Assembly: GCF_031427295.1 (NCBI RefSeq)
Contig: NZ_JANPNE010000065.1
Coordinates: forward strand, 1-33,525
DNA from: Deinococcus sp.
GTDB lineage: Bacteria > Deinococcota > Deinococci > Deinococcales > Deinococcaceae
Direction: 5' to 3'
DNA: 33,525 nucleotides
The notes under the pieces were generated by a model. The model worked only from the letters and a program-made list of their open reading frames with translations. It did no database searches and was not told where the DNA came from. Shown here in pieces: positions 8,961-22,262 of the stretch. Numbering within the stretch: position 1 is the first letter of the stretch; every line of letters starts with the position of its first letter. The translations under genes were made by a program, and so were the position numbers.

Positions 8961-10918
8961 CGCTTCACCTCTTCGTGTCTGGGCGCAGATAGTGTGGGAG
9001 CGGCGGGTTCGGAAGCGCTGTCGGGCACCTGCGCCCCGTCCACCTCGTTCTCATCGACCTCGTTCCCATCTACCTCGTCCAGGTCGCTTTCCAGCCGCTG
9101 CCTGCGGTCCAGGTCGGCATAGTGGCCGCCCGCCGCCAGCAGGGCCTCGTGGCTGCCCTGTTCCACGATGCGCCCGGCGTCCAGCACGATGATGTGGTCG
9201 GCGTGCCGCAGGGTAGACACCCGGTGGCCGATCAGGAGCACCGTGCGCCCCTGCTGCACCTGACGCAGACTTTGCAGGATACGGCTCTCGGTTTCGGTGT
9301 CCACGGCGCTCATGCTGTCGTCGAGAATCAGGATGCGCGGCTCGCGGGCCACCGCCCTCGCCAGGGCCGTGCGCTGGCGCTGGCCGCCGCTGAGGGTCAC
9401 GCCGCGTTCGCCCAGCATGGTGTCGTAGCCCTGCGGAAAGGCCACGATCTCGCCCGCGAGGCCCGCGATCTCGGCGGCCCGCTTCACCCGCTCCATGTCG
9501 GGCTGCACGTCTCTGGCCTCCGGCGGCGTGGTGTGGCGCACCGACTTGAACGTCTCGATAGGGCGGTAGTTGTCGTTGTTCAGCCCGAAGGCCACGTTGC
9601 TGGCAATCGTGTCGGAAAACAGAAACGGCTCCTGCGGCACCACCGCGATGTTGTCCCGCAGGGTGGCGAGCGGGATGTTCCGCACGTCATGGCCGTCCAC
9701 CTTCACGCTGCCCTCGCTCACGTCGCTCAGGCGGGTCACGAGCTGGGAGAGCAGGGTCTTGCCGCTGCCCGTCGGGCCGGTGATGCCCAGCGTCTGTCCG
9801 GCTGGGATGTGCAGCGTGACGCCGCTCAGCACCTGCTTGCCGTCGAAACTCAGGCTGACGTTCTCGTAACGGATGTCGCCCTGCAAGGCCCTGATGCTGG
9901 TGTCGGTGCGCCCGCTGTCGTGGACCCGCGCGCGCGCCGCGAAGATTTCCTGCAACCGTCCCCACGATCCCATGCCGCGCTGGAGCATGTTGGCGATCAG
10001 CCCGATGCTCAGCATGGGCCAGGCCAGCCGCTCCAGGATCAGGGCGAACTGGGTGAACTGCCCGAGGGTCAGCGGGCTGCCGGGCACCAGCCCCAGGATC
10101 ATGCGCCCGCCGTACAGCAGCACCAGCACGTAGGCAATGCCCATCAGCAGGCTCATGAAGGCTTGCAGCGGTCCCTCGACCCGGTTCAGGAACAGTGCGC
10201 GTCTTATCAGCTCGGAGTTCATGACCTTGTACTCCGCGATCTCACGGTCCTCGATGGCGTACCCTTTCACGACCCTGGCCCCGGAAAAGTTCTCCTGCGC
10301 CTTGGCCGAGATCGCGCTGTTCTGCTCCTGCATCGGCACGTAGCGCATCGACACCTGCCGCGCCAGGTACGCCAGAATACCGATGATGAACGGAAACACC
10401 ACCAGCACCGCGAGCGTCAGCCGCCAGTTGATGGAAAAAAACCAGGCGAACGACACCAGAAAGCTGCTGGCCACTGTGGCGAGCTGCCAGCTGCCGAAGC
10501 CGATCATCTCACGCACGGCGCTCAGGTCGCCGGTCAGGCGGTTCATCAGGTCGCCGGTGCGGGCGCGGTCAAAGTAGTGCTTGTCCAGACCGCTCAGGTG
10601 GGCGAACAGGTCGCGCCTGATCTCGTACTCGGTCTGACGACTGGCGAACACGATGCTGCGGCGCACCCCGACCATCAGGCCGCCCGACACCAGCGTGGCG
10701 AGCACGATGCCCAGCGCCAGCAGGCCCAGTTCCTTCAGACCCAGGCCGGGAGTGGCCGGGTTGGCATCTGAAAACAGCCGCAGCCCGTCGATGGCGCGGC
10801 CCAGGAAGTAGGCGGGCATCAGCACGGCGGCATTGCCACCCAGAACGGCCAGGGTACCGATCAGGTACTGGTTTTTGTGAAGCCGCAGATACGGGACGAG
10901 AGATTTGAAGTTGTTCAA
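8957..10918 (-). CDS. ABC exporter subunit (TMD plus NBD), MdlA/TmrB-like
   Basis: Walker A GPTGSGKT, signature LSGGQ, Walker B ILILDD (Asp at the catalytic Glu position); TTG start. Confidence 0.93.
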   Translation of the reverse strand: MNNFKSLVPYLRLHKNQYLIGTLAVLGGNAAVLMPAYFLGRAIDGLRLFSDANPATPGLGLKELGLLALGIVLATLVSGGLMVGVRRSIVFASRQTEYEIRRDLFAHLSGLDKHYFDRARTGDLMNRLTGDLSAVREMIGFGSWQLATVASSFLVSFAWFFSINWRLTLAVLVVFPFIIGILAYLARQVSMRYVPMQEQNSAISAKAQENFSGARVVKGYAIEDREIAEYKVMNSELIRRALFLNRVEGPLQAFMSLLMGIAYVLVLLYGGRMILGLVPGSPLTLGQFTQFALILERLAWPMLSIGLIANMLQRGMGSWGRLQEIFAARARVHDSGRTDTSIRALQGDIRYENVSLSFDGKQVLSGVTLHIPAGQTLGITGPTGSGKTLLSQLVTRLSDVSEGSVKVDGHDVRNIPLATLRDNIAVVPQEPFLFSDTIASNVAFGLNNDNYRPIETFKSVRHTTPPEARDVQPDMERVKRAAEIAGLAGEIVAFPQGYDTMLGERGVTLSGGQRQRTALARAVAREPRILILDDSMSAVDTETESRILQSLRQVQQGRTVLLIGHRVSTLRHADHIIVLDAGRIVEQGSHEALLAAGGHYADLDRRQRLESDLDEVDGNEVDENEVDGAQVPDSASEPAAPTLSAPRHEEVKR

Positions 10919-10968
10919 GAAGGAACCTCGGTGATGACGTTCAATTGTCAGCGGAGCCTTGCGTCAGC

Positions 10969-11007
10969 AGAGACGTACATGGAGAGACGTACACAAAGAG
11001 ACGTACA
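10969..11007. repeat. AGAGACGTACA x3 at 14-bp period
   Basis: Exact copies at 10969-10979, 10983-10993 and 10997-11007 in the divergent ABC/MFS intergenic region. Confidence 0.88.
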
Positions 11008-11275
11008 TAAGTAGAGCCTTAAATCAGCAGAGACCGGACAGGAAATGACTGGGCAGGGAAGACAGGCAGGCCCGCAGGCCGAGACAGGTGTCAGCATACG
11101 CCCATCTGCCAGAGCTGCAATGCGCCATTTGACGGATAGGCGGCCAGAGAGGCCCGGAGATGAAGCCCCGGTGAACATCGGCGCGGCCCGGTCTGGAGAG
11201 CTGGTCTCTGCTCGCACGGTTTTTGAGCTGGAAACGCTCCGTGGCAGGCCATACGGGCGTGCTAGCCTCCTGGCC

Positions 11276-12550
11276 GTGACCCAGCCGCCCGCAGACTCGC
11301 AGCCGCCCTCTACCTCGCAGCCTCCTGCCCCGCCCCTGCCCGTCCTGTACGCCCTGGGCTTCCTGGCCTTCTTCATGTTCGGGCTGGTGCAGGCGGGATA
11401 CGGCCCGGCCTACCCCAACCTGGGACGCGAGTACGCGCAGCCCCTGGCGACGGTGGGCATCACTTCCAGCCTGCATTTCGTGGGGTCGGCGGTGGGGACC
11501 GCGCTGCTGGGCGTACTTCTCACCCGCCTGAGCCTGAGAAGCAGCCTGATGCTCGGCGGCGTGACGCTGCTGCTGGGACTGCTGGGCGTGGCCTTCGCCC
11601 CGGCCTGGGCGCTGGTGCTGGTCGGCGCGGTGGTGGGCGGGCTGGGCTACGGCACGCTCTCGGCAGGCTTCAACCTGGCCTTCGCGCAGCTGGGTCCGGG
11701 GCCGTCGAATCTGGTCAACGGGCTGTTCGGGGTGGGGTCGGTGGTCTCGCCACTGCTGGTCACGCTGCTGGCCAGGGGATCTCACGCGCCGCCCTTTGTG
11801 CTGATGGGCGTCATGGCGGCGCTGCTGGCGCTGGGCATACGGCTGCTGTGGCCCCGGTCCGCTGACCCGCTGGAAGCCGGGACAGAGACGGCAGCCACCG
11901 AACCCTCCCACCGTGCCCTGCCCGCCGCTCCGGGTTCTCGCCGCCCGCTGGCCCTGTTCGGCCTGTGTTTTTTTCTGTACGTCGGGATAGAGGCGGGGCT
12001 GGGCAACTGGGCCACCACCTATTTTCTGCGGCAGGGGGCGGCTCAGGCCGCGCTGCTGACCAGTTTCTACTGGCTGGCCCTGACCCTCGGGCGCTTCGTG
12101 TTCGCCGCCCTGGGCAGCCGTTTTACACCGATGTCGGTGCTGATCTTTGCCACCGGCGGGGCCATGCTCGGCTGCGGCCTGATGCTGCTCGGCGGCCCTG
12201 GCCCCGGTCCGGGTACTCTGCTGCTGGGCGGCCTGATCTCCCCGGCTCCTCTTCCCGCCTGGCTGGCCCCCGCTGGCCTGATCCTGGCGGGTTTCTGTAT
12301 CGCGCCCGTGTTCTCCAGCCAGCTGGCCTGGTTCGCACGCACACAGCCGCCCAGGCTGCTCCCCTACATGCTGACGCTGGGCGGTGTCGGCGGGGCGCTG
12401 CTGCCCGCCCTGACCGGCCTCGCGCTGCCCCGGCTGGGCGTGGGAAGCGTGCCGCTCGCGCCGTTGATCATCGCCGCGCTGCTGCTCGGCTCGGCGCTGC
12501 TGCTGAACCGGACCCTGAGACGCCAGACACTGTTACGCCACACCGGATGA
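11276..12550 (+). CDS. MFS transporter (fucose permease/TsgA-like)
   Basis: About 12 hydrophobic segments; FFLYVGIEAGLGNWATTY and LTLGRF motifs. GTG 11276 is in frame and 7 nt after TAGCCT (11263-11268). Confidence 0.88.
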   Translation: MTQPPADSQPPSTSQPPAPPLPVLYALGFLAFFMFGLVQAGYGPAYPNLGREYAQPLATVGITSSLHFVGSAVGTALLGVLLTRLSLRSSLMLGGVTLLLGLLGVAFAPAWALVLVGAVVGGLGYGTLSAGFNLAFAQLGPGPSNLVNGLFGVGSVVSPLLVTLLARGSHAPPFVLMGVMAALLALGIRLLWPRSADPLEAGTETAATEPSHRALPAAPGSRRPLALFGLCFFLYVGIEAGLGNWATTYFLRQGAAQAALLTSFYWLALTLGRFVFAALGSRFTPMSVLIFATGGAMLGCGLMLLGGPGPGPGTLLLGGLISPAPLPAWLAPAGLILAGFCIAPVFSSQLAWFARTQPPRLLPYMLTLGGVGGALLPALTGLALPRLGVGSVPLAPLIIAALLLGSALLLNRTLRRQTLLRHTG

Positions 12551-12594
12551 CACTGTTACGCCGTACTGGACGGCACTGTTACGCCACACCGGAT
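12526..12594. repeat. 23-bp tandem repeat x3 spanning the MFS stop codon
   Basis: gacactgttacgccacaccggat / gacactgttacgccgtactggac / ggcactgttacgccacaccggat. Confidence 0.9.
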
Positions 12595-12918
12595 AACGCG
12601 CCCGGCCCCAGACACCGTGACGCGTCTGGGCGGGCAGGCTGCCCCTGCTCGACATCCCGAATCGTGTGATGGGTCGCCCGCGCCGCACGCCCCCAATCTC
12701 CCTCTGATGTCCGCATCTGCCCCGAGATCGTAGACGCCCCCCGGCCTTTATGACAGAATGCACGCGTTCATTTTCGGACCGTTCTGTCCGCTGAATTACG
12801 GCGGGTGTTCTGACATGACATGGTTTCGGCAATCCCTGGACCTCGCCCGTATCCCCGCGTCGTTTCTGGACACGGCTCAGTTCGGGACACGGCTCAGGCA
12901 GTACCCACCGGAGGCGGC

Positions 12919-13395
<477 letters not shown>

Positions 13396-13521
13396 ACGGG
13401 TCAGCGATTTGAACGACGTGGGCGCAGACGGAAATTCCGGCGCTGCGCCCACTGTGTTGACTGTTCTCCTGCCGCACCCACACGGACGCCCCTTTACTCC
13501 GGAACACCCGCAGAGGCGGGA

Positions 13522-13578
13522 AGCGGTCAAGCGTCGTCAACGGCGCTGTACTGACCAAGGAGCGGTCAAGCGTCGTCA
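13522..13578. repeat. 18-bp exact direct repeat pair
   Basis: agcggtcaagcgtcgtca at 13522-13539 and 13561-13578 with a 21-bp spacer. Confidence 0.85.
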
Positions 13579-13651
13579 TGAGAGCTGCCCTGATCAAGAA
13601 AAAACGCCGCCCACGCGTCCATACCGCGAAGGGGCGTCCCTCTTCCTCTGA

Positions 13652-13784
13652 TACCCTTTCCGATTGATTCCGTTCTGTGTTCGGAATCAGTCCGACCAAC
13701 GGGAGCAGGAAAAAGTACGGGTTCTGCGGAATGGAGGAACGCCCGGCGCTTTTATGGGCGTTACGGAATGAAGCGGAATCCGTA
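13652..13784 (+). mobile_element. MITE-like small repeat, copy 3 (133 bp, diverged)
   Basis: taccctttccg...cggaatccgta flanked by TGA at 13649-13651 and 13785-13787; shares the central agtacgggttctg and ggaggaac with copies 2 and 5. Confidence 0.85.
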
Positions 13785-13841
13785 TGACTCCCTCTGGTCG
13801 AATGAATTCTCCCTGTGCAACGGAATTTATCAAAACCCCTG

Positions 13842-15161
13842 CTACTCCAGCCCGATTCTCAGTTTTGCCGCCGCCACCCTGGCCCTCCAGAGCGGGTATT
13901 CCTGGGCCTCCAGGGTCTGGGTGACCCGGCCCGGTACCGTGCGGTTGTCTGAACAGCCCCGCATCACACTGCCGTCTTTCTGCGGCCAGCCGTCTGCGGG
14001 ACAGTCCGGGAACCACCACGGGTTGCTGGTGTCCTGGCCCCGCAGCGGGGTGCTCCAGCCGATCAGATTGCCCCAGACCGAGACGTTGTAGAACGTTCCG
14101 TAGCGTTTATCGTTGTTGACGTCCCAGACGTAGACGCCCACGTTTTGAGAGGCGATGGTGCGCCCATCGGGCAGATAACCGCTCGACATGACGCGGTTCT
14201 CGAACACCTGGATGTCGTGACCCCCGCTCACCGCGATGCCCTGGTTGCTGGTCCCCACCACGACGTTGTGATAGGCCCGCACGTAGCCATTGGCCTGCGC
14301 TGGCGTGGGCGAGCCGGAGCCGTCGCTCAGGTTCATACCGCCGCCGCTGTAGGGGTCGGTGGTCGCCCGCGCCGGGTAGGCCCCCTGAAGGTAATTGTCA
14401 TGAATCAGGATGGGCGAAGCCGCCGTGCCGCTCGACATGTAGATGTTGATGACCTCTTCCGGGCGGCTCTTGCCGGGCTGATTGACGACCTCGTTCCAGG
14501 CGATCTCGCCGCCTGACAGGCCGCGCACGTTGTTGAACTGGACGAACTGCACGAATCTGGCCTGATCCTGCGAGAAGGTGTCCGGGCCGGTGCTGTAGCG
14601 CCCGTCGATGTTCAGCGCCCGGTTGCGGCTGATCCTGATGGTCTCGCCCTTGGCCGGGTTGCCGAGGTACTGGCGAAAATACATGCCGGAAGTTCCGATC
14701 ATCTCGTTGTTCTCGACCACGGCGCTGCTGAATTCTTCCAGTAGCAGGAACCGGCCCGGATAGGCGAAGTAGGACAGCGCGCGGCCAGGATTGAGCGCCA
14801 CCCCGCGCGTGCGCCTGACGGTCACGCGCGCCCGCTGGAAGGCGCTATGGATCAGCGTGCCCCTGCTCTGGATGTTCGAATCCTCGATGGTGACGGGCTG
14901 CGAGGTCTGGATGGTGACGGCGGGTGTGCGGGGGTCGAGGCTCTGCCAGTTGCCCCGGTACACACCGCCCCTGGTGATCACGATGGGGGCGGCGTACCTG
15001 AGCTGGGACGCGCCCTGCTGCACGGGTTTTGACTGGACTGGCAGAGCTTGGATCAGCACAGGCCGAACGGGCTTCTGCTGGGCCAGTCCCAGGCCAACGG
15101 TCAGCAGAGCAATCGGTGCGAGAAATGCGAGCCTCGTGGCCCACCAGAGAGAACGATTCAT
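13842..15161 (-). CDS. Secreted protein, probable right-handed parallel beta-helix (pectin-lyase-like fold)
   Basis: Signal peptide (...LLTVGLGLA-QQ); repeated I/V-x-x-N strands (IEDSNI, VENNEM, IAWNEV, IHDNYL, AYHNVV, VFENRV); TAGAAT upstream. Confidence 0.75.
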   Translation of the reverse strand: MNRSLWWATRLAFLAPIALLTVGLGLAQQKPVRPVLIQALPVQSKPVQQGASQLRYAAPIVITRGGVYRGNWQSLDPRTPAVTIQTSQPVTIEDSNIQSRGTLIHSAFQRARVTVRRTRGVALNPGRALSYFAYPGRFLLLEEFSSAVVENNEMIGTSGMYFRQYLGNPAKGETIRISRNRALNIDGRYSTGPDTFSQDQARFVQFVQFNNVRGLSGGEIAWNEVVNQPGKSRPEEVINIYMSSGTAASPILIHDNYLQGAYPARATTDPYSGGGMNLSDGSGSPTPAQANGYVRAYHNVVVGTSNQGIAVSGGHDIQVFENRVMSSGYLPDGRTIASQNVGVYVWDVNNDKRYGTFYNVSVWGNLIGWSTPLRGQDTSNPWWFPDCPADGWPQKDGSVMRGCSDNRTVPGRVTQTLEAQEYPLWRARVAAAKLRIGLE

Positions 15162-15483
15162 AGAAACCTTATTCTAGCCGTCCATCTTCTGAAATCCCAC
15201 CAAAATCACACATCGCGTCTGAGAAGATCATGTGGATATGTTCATGAACTTCCTCTTTTTGGTTTATGACTGGAAACGATTCTGGTCATCTTCAGCGAGG
15301 CCAGACAGGCAGGCAGTGGGCAGGGTCAACTGCCGCGCGGGTGCGGGCGGTCAGCTCACCGAAACATCTGGCGGCCCGTATCCTTTGAAAGCGCTTCTTC
15401 TGGCAACGGAACGGTGACCCCTCCTCTGCCACTGCCGATTGGCCTCACCTTCCGACATCCTCATGTGGGCTAGCGTGTCACTC

Positions 15484-16415
15484 ATGACGCTGCCCGAGAC
15501 TGCTTCTGCCGCCCCCACCCGAGACCACCTGACCGTCGCCTTTATCGGGCTGGGAGCGATGGGCGAACCGATGGCCGCGCAGCTCGCCCGGCACCTGAAG
15601 TCTGAAGGCGGGACCGCCCTGGTGTGGAACCGCACGGCGGGCAAGGCCGAGGCACACGCCGCCCAGCACGGCAGCACTGCGTCCAGCCTGAAAGAACTCT
15701 CACGGGCCAACTTCATCTTTTCGTGCCTGCCAACCAGTGCTGAGGTCGATATCTTCGTGGATCAGCTGCTGCCCAGTCTGCGCCCCGGTACCGTCTGGAT
15801 CGACTGCACCAGCGGCAGGCCAGCGGCGGCGCGCGCGAACAGGCCGCGCGGCTCGTGGCGGCGGGCGTGGGCTTTCTGGACGCCCCGGTGTCGGGTGGCC
15901 CGGCGGGCGCGCGGGCCGGAACGCTGGCCGTGATGGTGGGCGGTGACGAGGCCGTATTCGAACGCAGCAGGGCGCTGCTCTGCACCTTCGGCGGCACGGT
16001 GCTGCGGGTGGGTCCGGTGGGCAGCGGTTTCGCGGTCAAGGCCGTGAACAACGTGCTGATGGGTCTGCATCTGCTGTCGGTGGCCGAGGGCCTCGCCTCG
16101 CTGAAAAAGCAGGGTGTGGACCTGGCCCCTGCCCTGAAGGTGCTGAACGCGGGCAGCGGAAGCAGCTTTTCCAGCCAGAACAAGGTGGCGCAGCAGGTGT
16201 TCACGCGCCAGTTCGCCCCGATGTTCAGATTGGGCCTGCTCGCCAAAGATGCGGGCATCGCGCTGGAAAACATTCAGGAGGTGCAGGCCAGCGCCCCGCT
16301 GATCGCCCAGGCAGCCATGCTGCTGCGGGCGGCCCAGGCCACGGTGGGCAGCGACGTGGACCACACCGAAGCGGTGAAGTGGGTCGAGGCGATAAACGGC
16401 GTAGAGTTGTCGTAG
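15484..16415 (+). pseudogene. 3-hydroxyisobutyrate/6-phosphogluconate dehydrogenase-family NAD(P)-dependent oxidoreductase with a +2 frameshift
   Basis: [10 protein letters not shown] and WIDCTSG are in one frame; [18 protein letters not shown] and VKAVNN are in another. The span is 932 bp (930+2), and removing one GC from (GC)4 at 15829-15836 rejoins them. May be a sequencing error. Confidence 0.8.
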
Positions 16416-16664
16416 TTAATGGGTTCGGAAAATTTCTATAACAGGCGATTTTATGTCAGTAAACACGGCGTTTTTGCCCCTTCCCCCGTCGGGATCAGAC
16501 GCGCCGCCTCGGTCAGGACAGACGCCCTTGCTGGTCAGAGGAGCGCCCGTCTTGGGCAGAATGGGAGGAATGGCGTCCACATGGGCGTCCGTTCGCGGCG
16601 ATACGCGCATGTGGACGCTTGACCGCATTCCCGACTACGCAGAAATCTGGTGGAATTTGTATGA

Positions 16665-16797
16665 AACGGATTCCGATTGAATCCCGCAGTAATGCGGATT
16701 CAATCCGATCAAAGGGAGAAAGAAGAAGTACGTGTTCTGGGAGATGGACGGACAGGCGGTGAGGTTCCGACTGTACGGGAATTGGACGGAATATGTA
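16665..16797 (+). mobile_element. MITE-like small repeat, copy 4 (133 bp, most diverged)
   Basis: aacggattccg...cggaatatgta with flanks TGA and TCA (imperfect duplication); same length and hairpin layout as the other copies. Confidence 0.75.
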
Positions 16798-16965
16798 TCA
16801 AACGCTGACAGGGCACCGTTCGGACCCTTTTTTAACCCAGATTGATCTGTCTGTATATTTAGGCCACGTACGTGTGCAGGTGTTCCCGCTCAACGCAGTT
16901 CCTGAAGCGGCGGCGTGGCACGAGGACCGGGAATAAAGCTGGCGTTCGTCTGAGGTTCCCGCCTT

Positions 16966-18006
<1,041 letters not shown>

Positions 18007-18330
18007 GCCCCGCAGCATACGCGCCCGCTGCCCGGACGCCTGTAACAGGCGGCGGTATTCATGGAGCGTTCATCTTTTTGAACCCGGTACAGCTTGCAGA
18101 GTACCTGGGCGGTAACCCGGCCCAAACGTGGCCCGGATGCCGTTAGAGTGTGTGCAATACAACTACCGATGGTTCCATCCTGTCCACTCCACTCTGTCCA
18201 GACGTGCGGACAAACAGGCGGGTATCCGGCGCACAATAACAGGACTTCCAGTTCACCGCCTCCAGTTGCTGCCAGGGCCAGTGGCCCACGTCTCCCCGCG
18301 CCATCAATTTGTGACCACAGGAGGTCTTTC

Positions 18331-20268
<1,938 letters not shown>

Positions 20269-20311
20269 AGGTTGGTCCGTACTGCTGGCCTTTGGCTTTT
20301 GCCTTTTGCCT

Positions 20312-20456
20312 TGCCCCCACCCCCAACCCCCGCCGGGGCGACTGACCGGTCGTCGGGGGCGGCGGGCAAGCGTCCTCAAGGGCGCTGCTCTGCCCAAGAC
20401 GCCCCTCCTCTGGCTAGATTCATCAACGCGTCTCTGGTCGGAGCGGTAGGGGGGCC
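20312..20456 (+). repeat. C/G-rich intergenic repeat, second family, related to 33427-33512
   Basis: Shares ccccc(a)acccccgcc, an exact cccctcctctgg (20402-20413) and a terminal G-run with the reverse complement of 33427-33512. Confidence 0.5.
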
Positions 20457-20704
20457 TAAAAGAGCGTCAGGCGCTGCGCTGTTGGCAGGGCGCGTCAGTT
20501 TATTCGGCGGAGTATTGACCCTGGTTTTCTCCATCTGGAAGGCGGAAATCCGCTTCTCGACGGTGGAAGCGTCCTGAAATTGCCTCGATCACGGAATTGC
20601 CAGGGCGCGGCTTTGATCCGCTGAAGGCTGCGCGGCGGTGGTTTTTCAGGCCTGCCAATTCACTCTGACGACCAGTTTTGGATTTAGGGCTTTGGCCTGG
20701 TAAA

Positions 20705-20778
20705 CACCCTCCTGCTTGGCTTTTGGCTCCTCCTTAAGGAGGGAGGTTGGGACTGGTACAGCTCGAAGAGAGGGGGTG
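20705..20778. repeat. REP-like palindromic element
   Basis: Perfect 14-bp palindrome cctccttaaggagg (20729-20742) within imperfect outer arms caccctcct / agagggggtg. Confidence 0.5.
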
Positions 20779-20834
20779 GGCAGGCTGAGCATCCCAAAAT
20801 CAATGAGATTCATTTGTCTCGCTCCCATGTCTGA

Positions 20835-20967
20835 TACCGATTCTGAAAAATTCCGTAACTCTTACGGAATTTTTCCGAGTGGAACGAGTACGACCCAGTA
20901 CGGGTTCTATGAATAGGAGGAACATCCAGCGTCCTTCTGGATGCTACGGAAATGGACGGAATCCGTA
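20835..20967 (+). mobile_element. MITE-like small repeat, copy 5 (133 bp)
   Basis: taccgattctg...cggaatccgta flanked by TGA at 20832-20834 and 20968-20970; about 10 substitutions and no indels versus copy 2 by manual alignment. Confidence 0.9.
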
Positions 20968-21052
20968 TGAGCAGCACGTTCACAGAGTTACAGCCCGCAT
21001 TCACCGTCACCTGCTGCTCAATCCTCTCCCGCCGCGCTGCTACCCTGCGTCC

Positions 21053-21484
21053 ATGACCGCTCTCAACCCGCTCTCGCCCGAGTTGCGCGGCACGCTGTAT
21101 GAGCGGATTGGGCAAGGCGCGCTGCGCTCGCTGCTGGAGCGCTTTTACACCCAGGTGGCGCGGAACGAACTGCTGGCCCCGATCTTTCCGGGCAGCCGTG
21201 AGTCTTCGCTGTGGCAAGTCACGTTAGACAAGCAGTTCGCGTTCCTGTCGGGTTTTCTGGGCGGGCCGCCGCTGTACCACCAGCAGTACGGCAACCCGAT
21301 GCTGCGGGCGCGCCACCTGCCGTTCGCGGTCACCCCGGCGCGGGCTGGGGCCTGGCTGGCCTGCATGCAGCACGCCCTGGAGCACTCGCCCGAGATCAAT
21401 GCTGGTGCCGCTGCGGAACTGTACGCGGCGCTCAGCCGGGTGGCGCTGCACATGGTCAACAGTGAAGACGGCTCAGAAGGCTGA
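21053..21484 (+). CDS. glbO: Group II truncated hemoglobin (trHbO)
   Basis: LYERIG...LLERFY...LAPIFP, FLSGFLGGPPLY, GNPMLRARHLPF and AWLACM; TACCCT 6 nt before ATG 21053. Confidence 0.88.
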   Translation: MTALNPLSPELRGTLYERIGQGALRSLLERFYTQVARNELLAPIFPGSRESSLWQVTLDKQFAFLSGFLGGPPLYHQQYGNPMLRARHLPFAVTPARAGAWLACMQHALEHSPEINAGAAAELYAALSRVALHMVNSEDGSEG

Positions 21485-21505
21485 CTTCAGACAGAAGACT
21501 CGATG

Positions 21506-22216
21506 CTATTCCAGCCCCAGGGCAGCCTCCAGCGCCACCTCGATCATCTGGTTGAAGGTACTCTGGCGCTCCTCGGCAGTTGTGACCTCATTGGTCACCA
21601 GATGGTCGCTGACTGTCAGGATGGTCAGTGCCCGCACGCCCGCCTTCGCGGCCTGGGTGTAGAGCGCCGCCGCTTCCATTTCTACGGCCAGAACGCCGTG
21701 ATCGGCCCAGATTTTGTACGAGGCCGGGTCGTCCTGATAAAAAATATCGCTCGACATGACGTTGCCCACATGGGCCGCGAAGCCCCGCGCCTGGGCACGC
21801 CCGTAGGCGGCCATCAGCAGGCCGAAGTCGGCAATCGGCGCGTAGCTCAGGCCACCGAAGCGGGTGAAATTCAGGTTCGAATCGGTGCAGGCCGCCTGCC
21901 CCAGAACGATGTCGCGCACATGCACGCCCGGCTGATACGAGCCGCAGGTCCCGACCCGCACCAGCGTTCTTGCGCCGTAGCCGTGAATCAGCTCGTGAAC
22001 GTAGATTCCGGCGCTCGGCATGCCCATGCCAGTGCCCTGCACGCTCACGGGTTTGCCCCTGTAGGTGCCGGTGAAGCCCAGCATGCCGCGCACGTCGTTG
22101 TGCTGCACCGGGTCGTCGAAAAAGGTCCGGGCGATGTGCTGCGCCCGAAGCGGGTCGCCGGGCAGCAGCACGGTGGGGGCGATCTGGCCCTGTTGCGCGT
22201 TCAGGTGGACACTCAT
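21506..22216 (-). CDS. deoD: Purine-nucleoside phosphorylase, DeoD type
   Basis: [45 protein letters not shown] and TVSDH. Confidence 0.97.
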   Translation of the reverse strand: MSVHLNAQQGQIAPTVLLPGDPLRAQHIARTFFDDPVQHNDVRGMLGFTGTYRGKPVSVQGTGMGMPSAGIYVHELIHGYGARTLVRVGTCGSYQPGVHVRDIVLGQAACTDSNLNFTRFGGLSYAPIADFGLLMAAYGRAQARGFAAHVGNVMSSDIFYQDDPASYKIWADHGVLAVEMEAAALYTQAAKAGVRALTILTVSDHLVTNEVTTAEERQSTFNQMIEVALEAALGLE

Positions 22217-22262
22217 GCCTTCAGGGTAACGCAGGCGGAAGCACCCGGAGAAACACAGAGGC

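Noticed and set aside
16451-16467. ttatgtcagtaaacacg as a radiation/desiccation response motif (RDRM, DdrO site)
   Set aside because: Only the left half-site TTATGT fits; the right half does not match the 17-bp palindrome.
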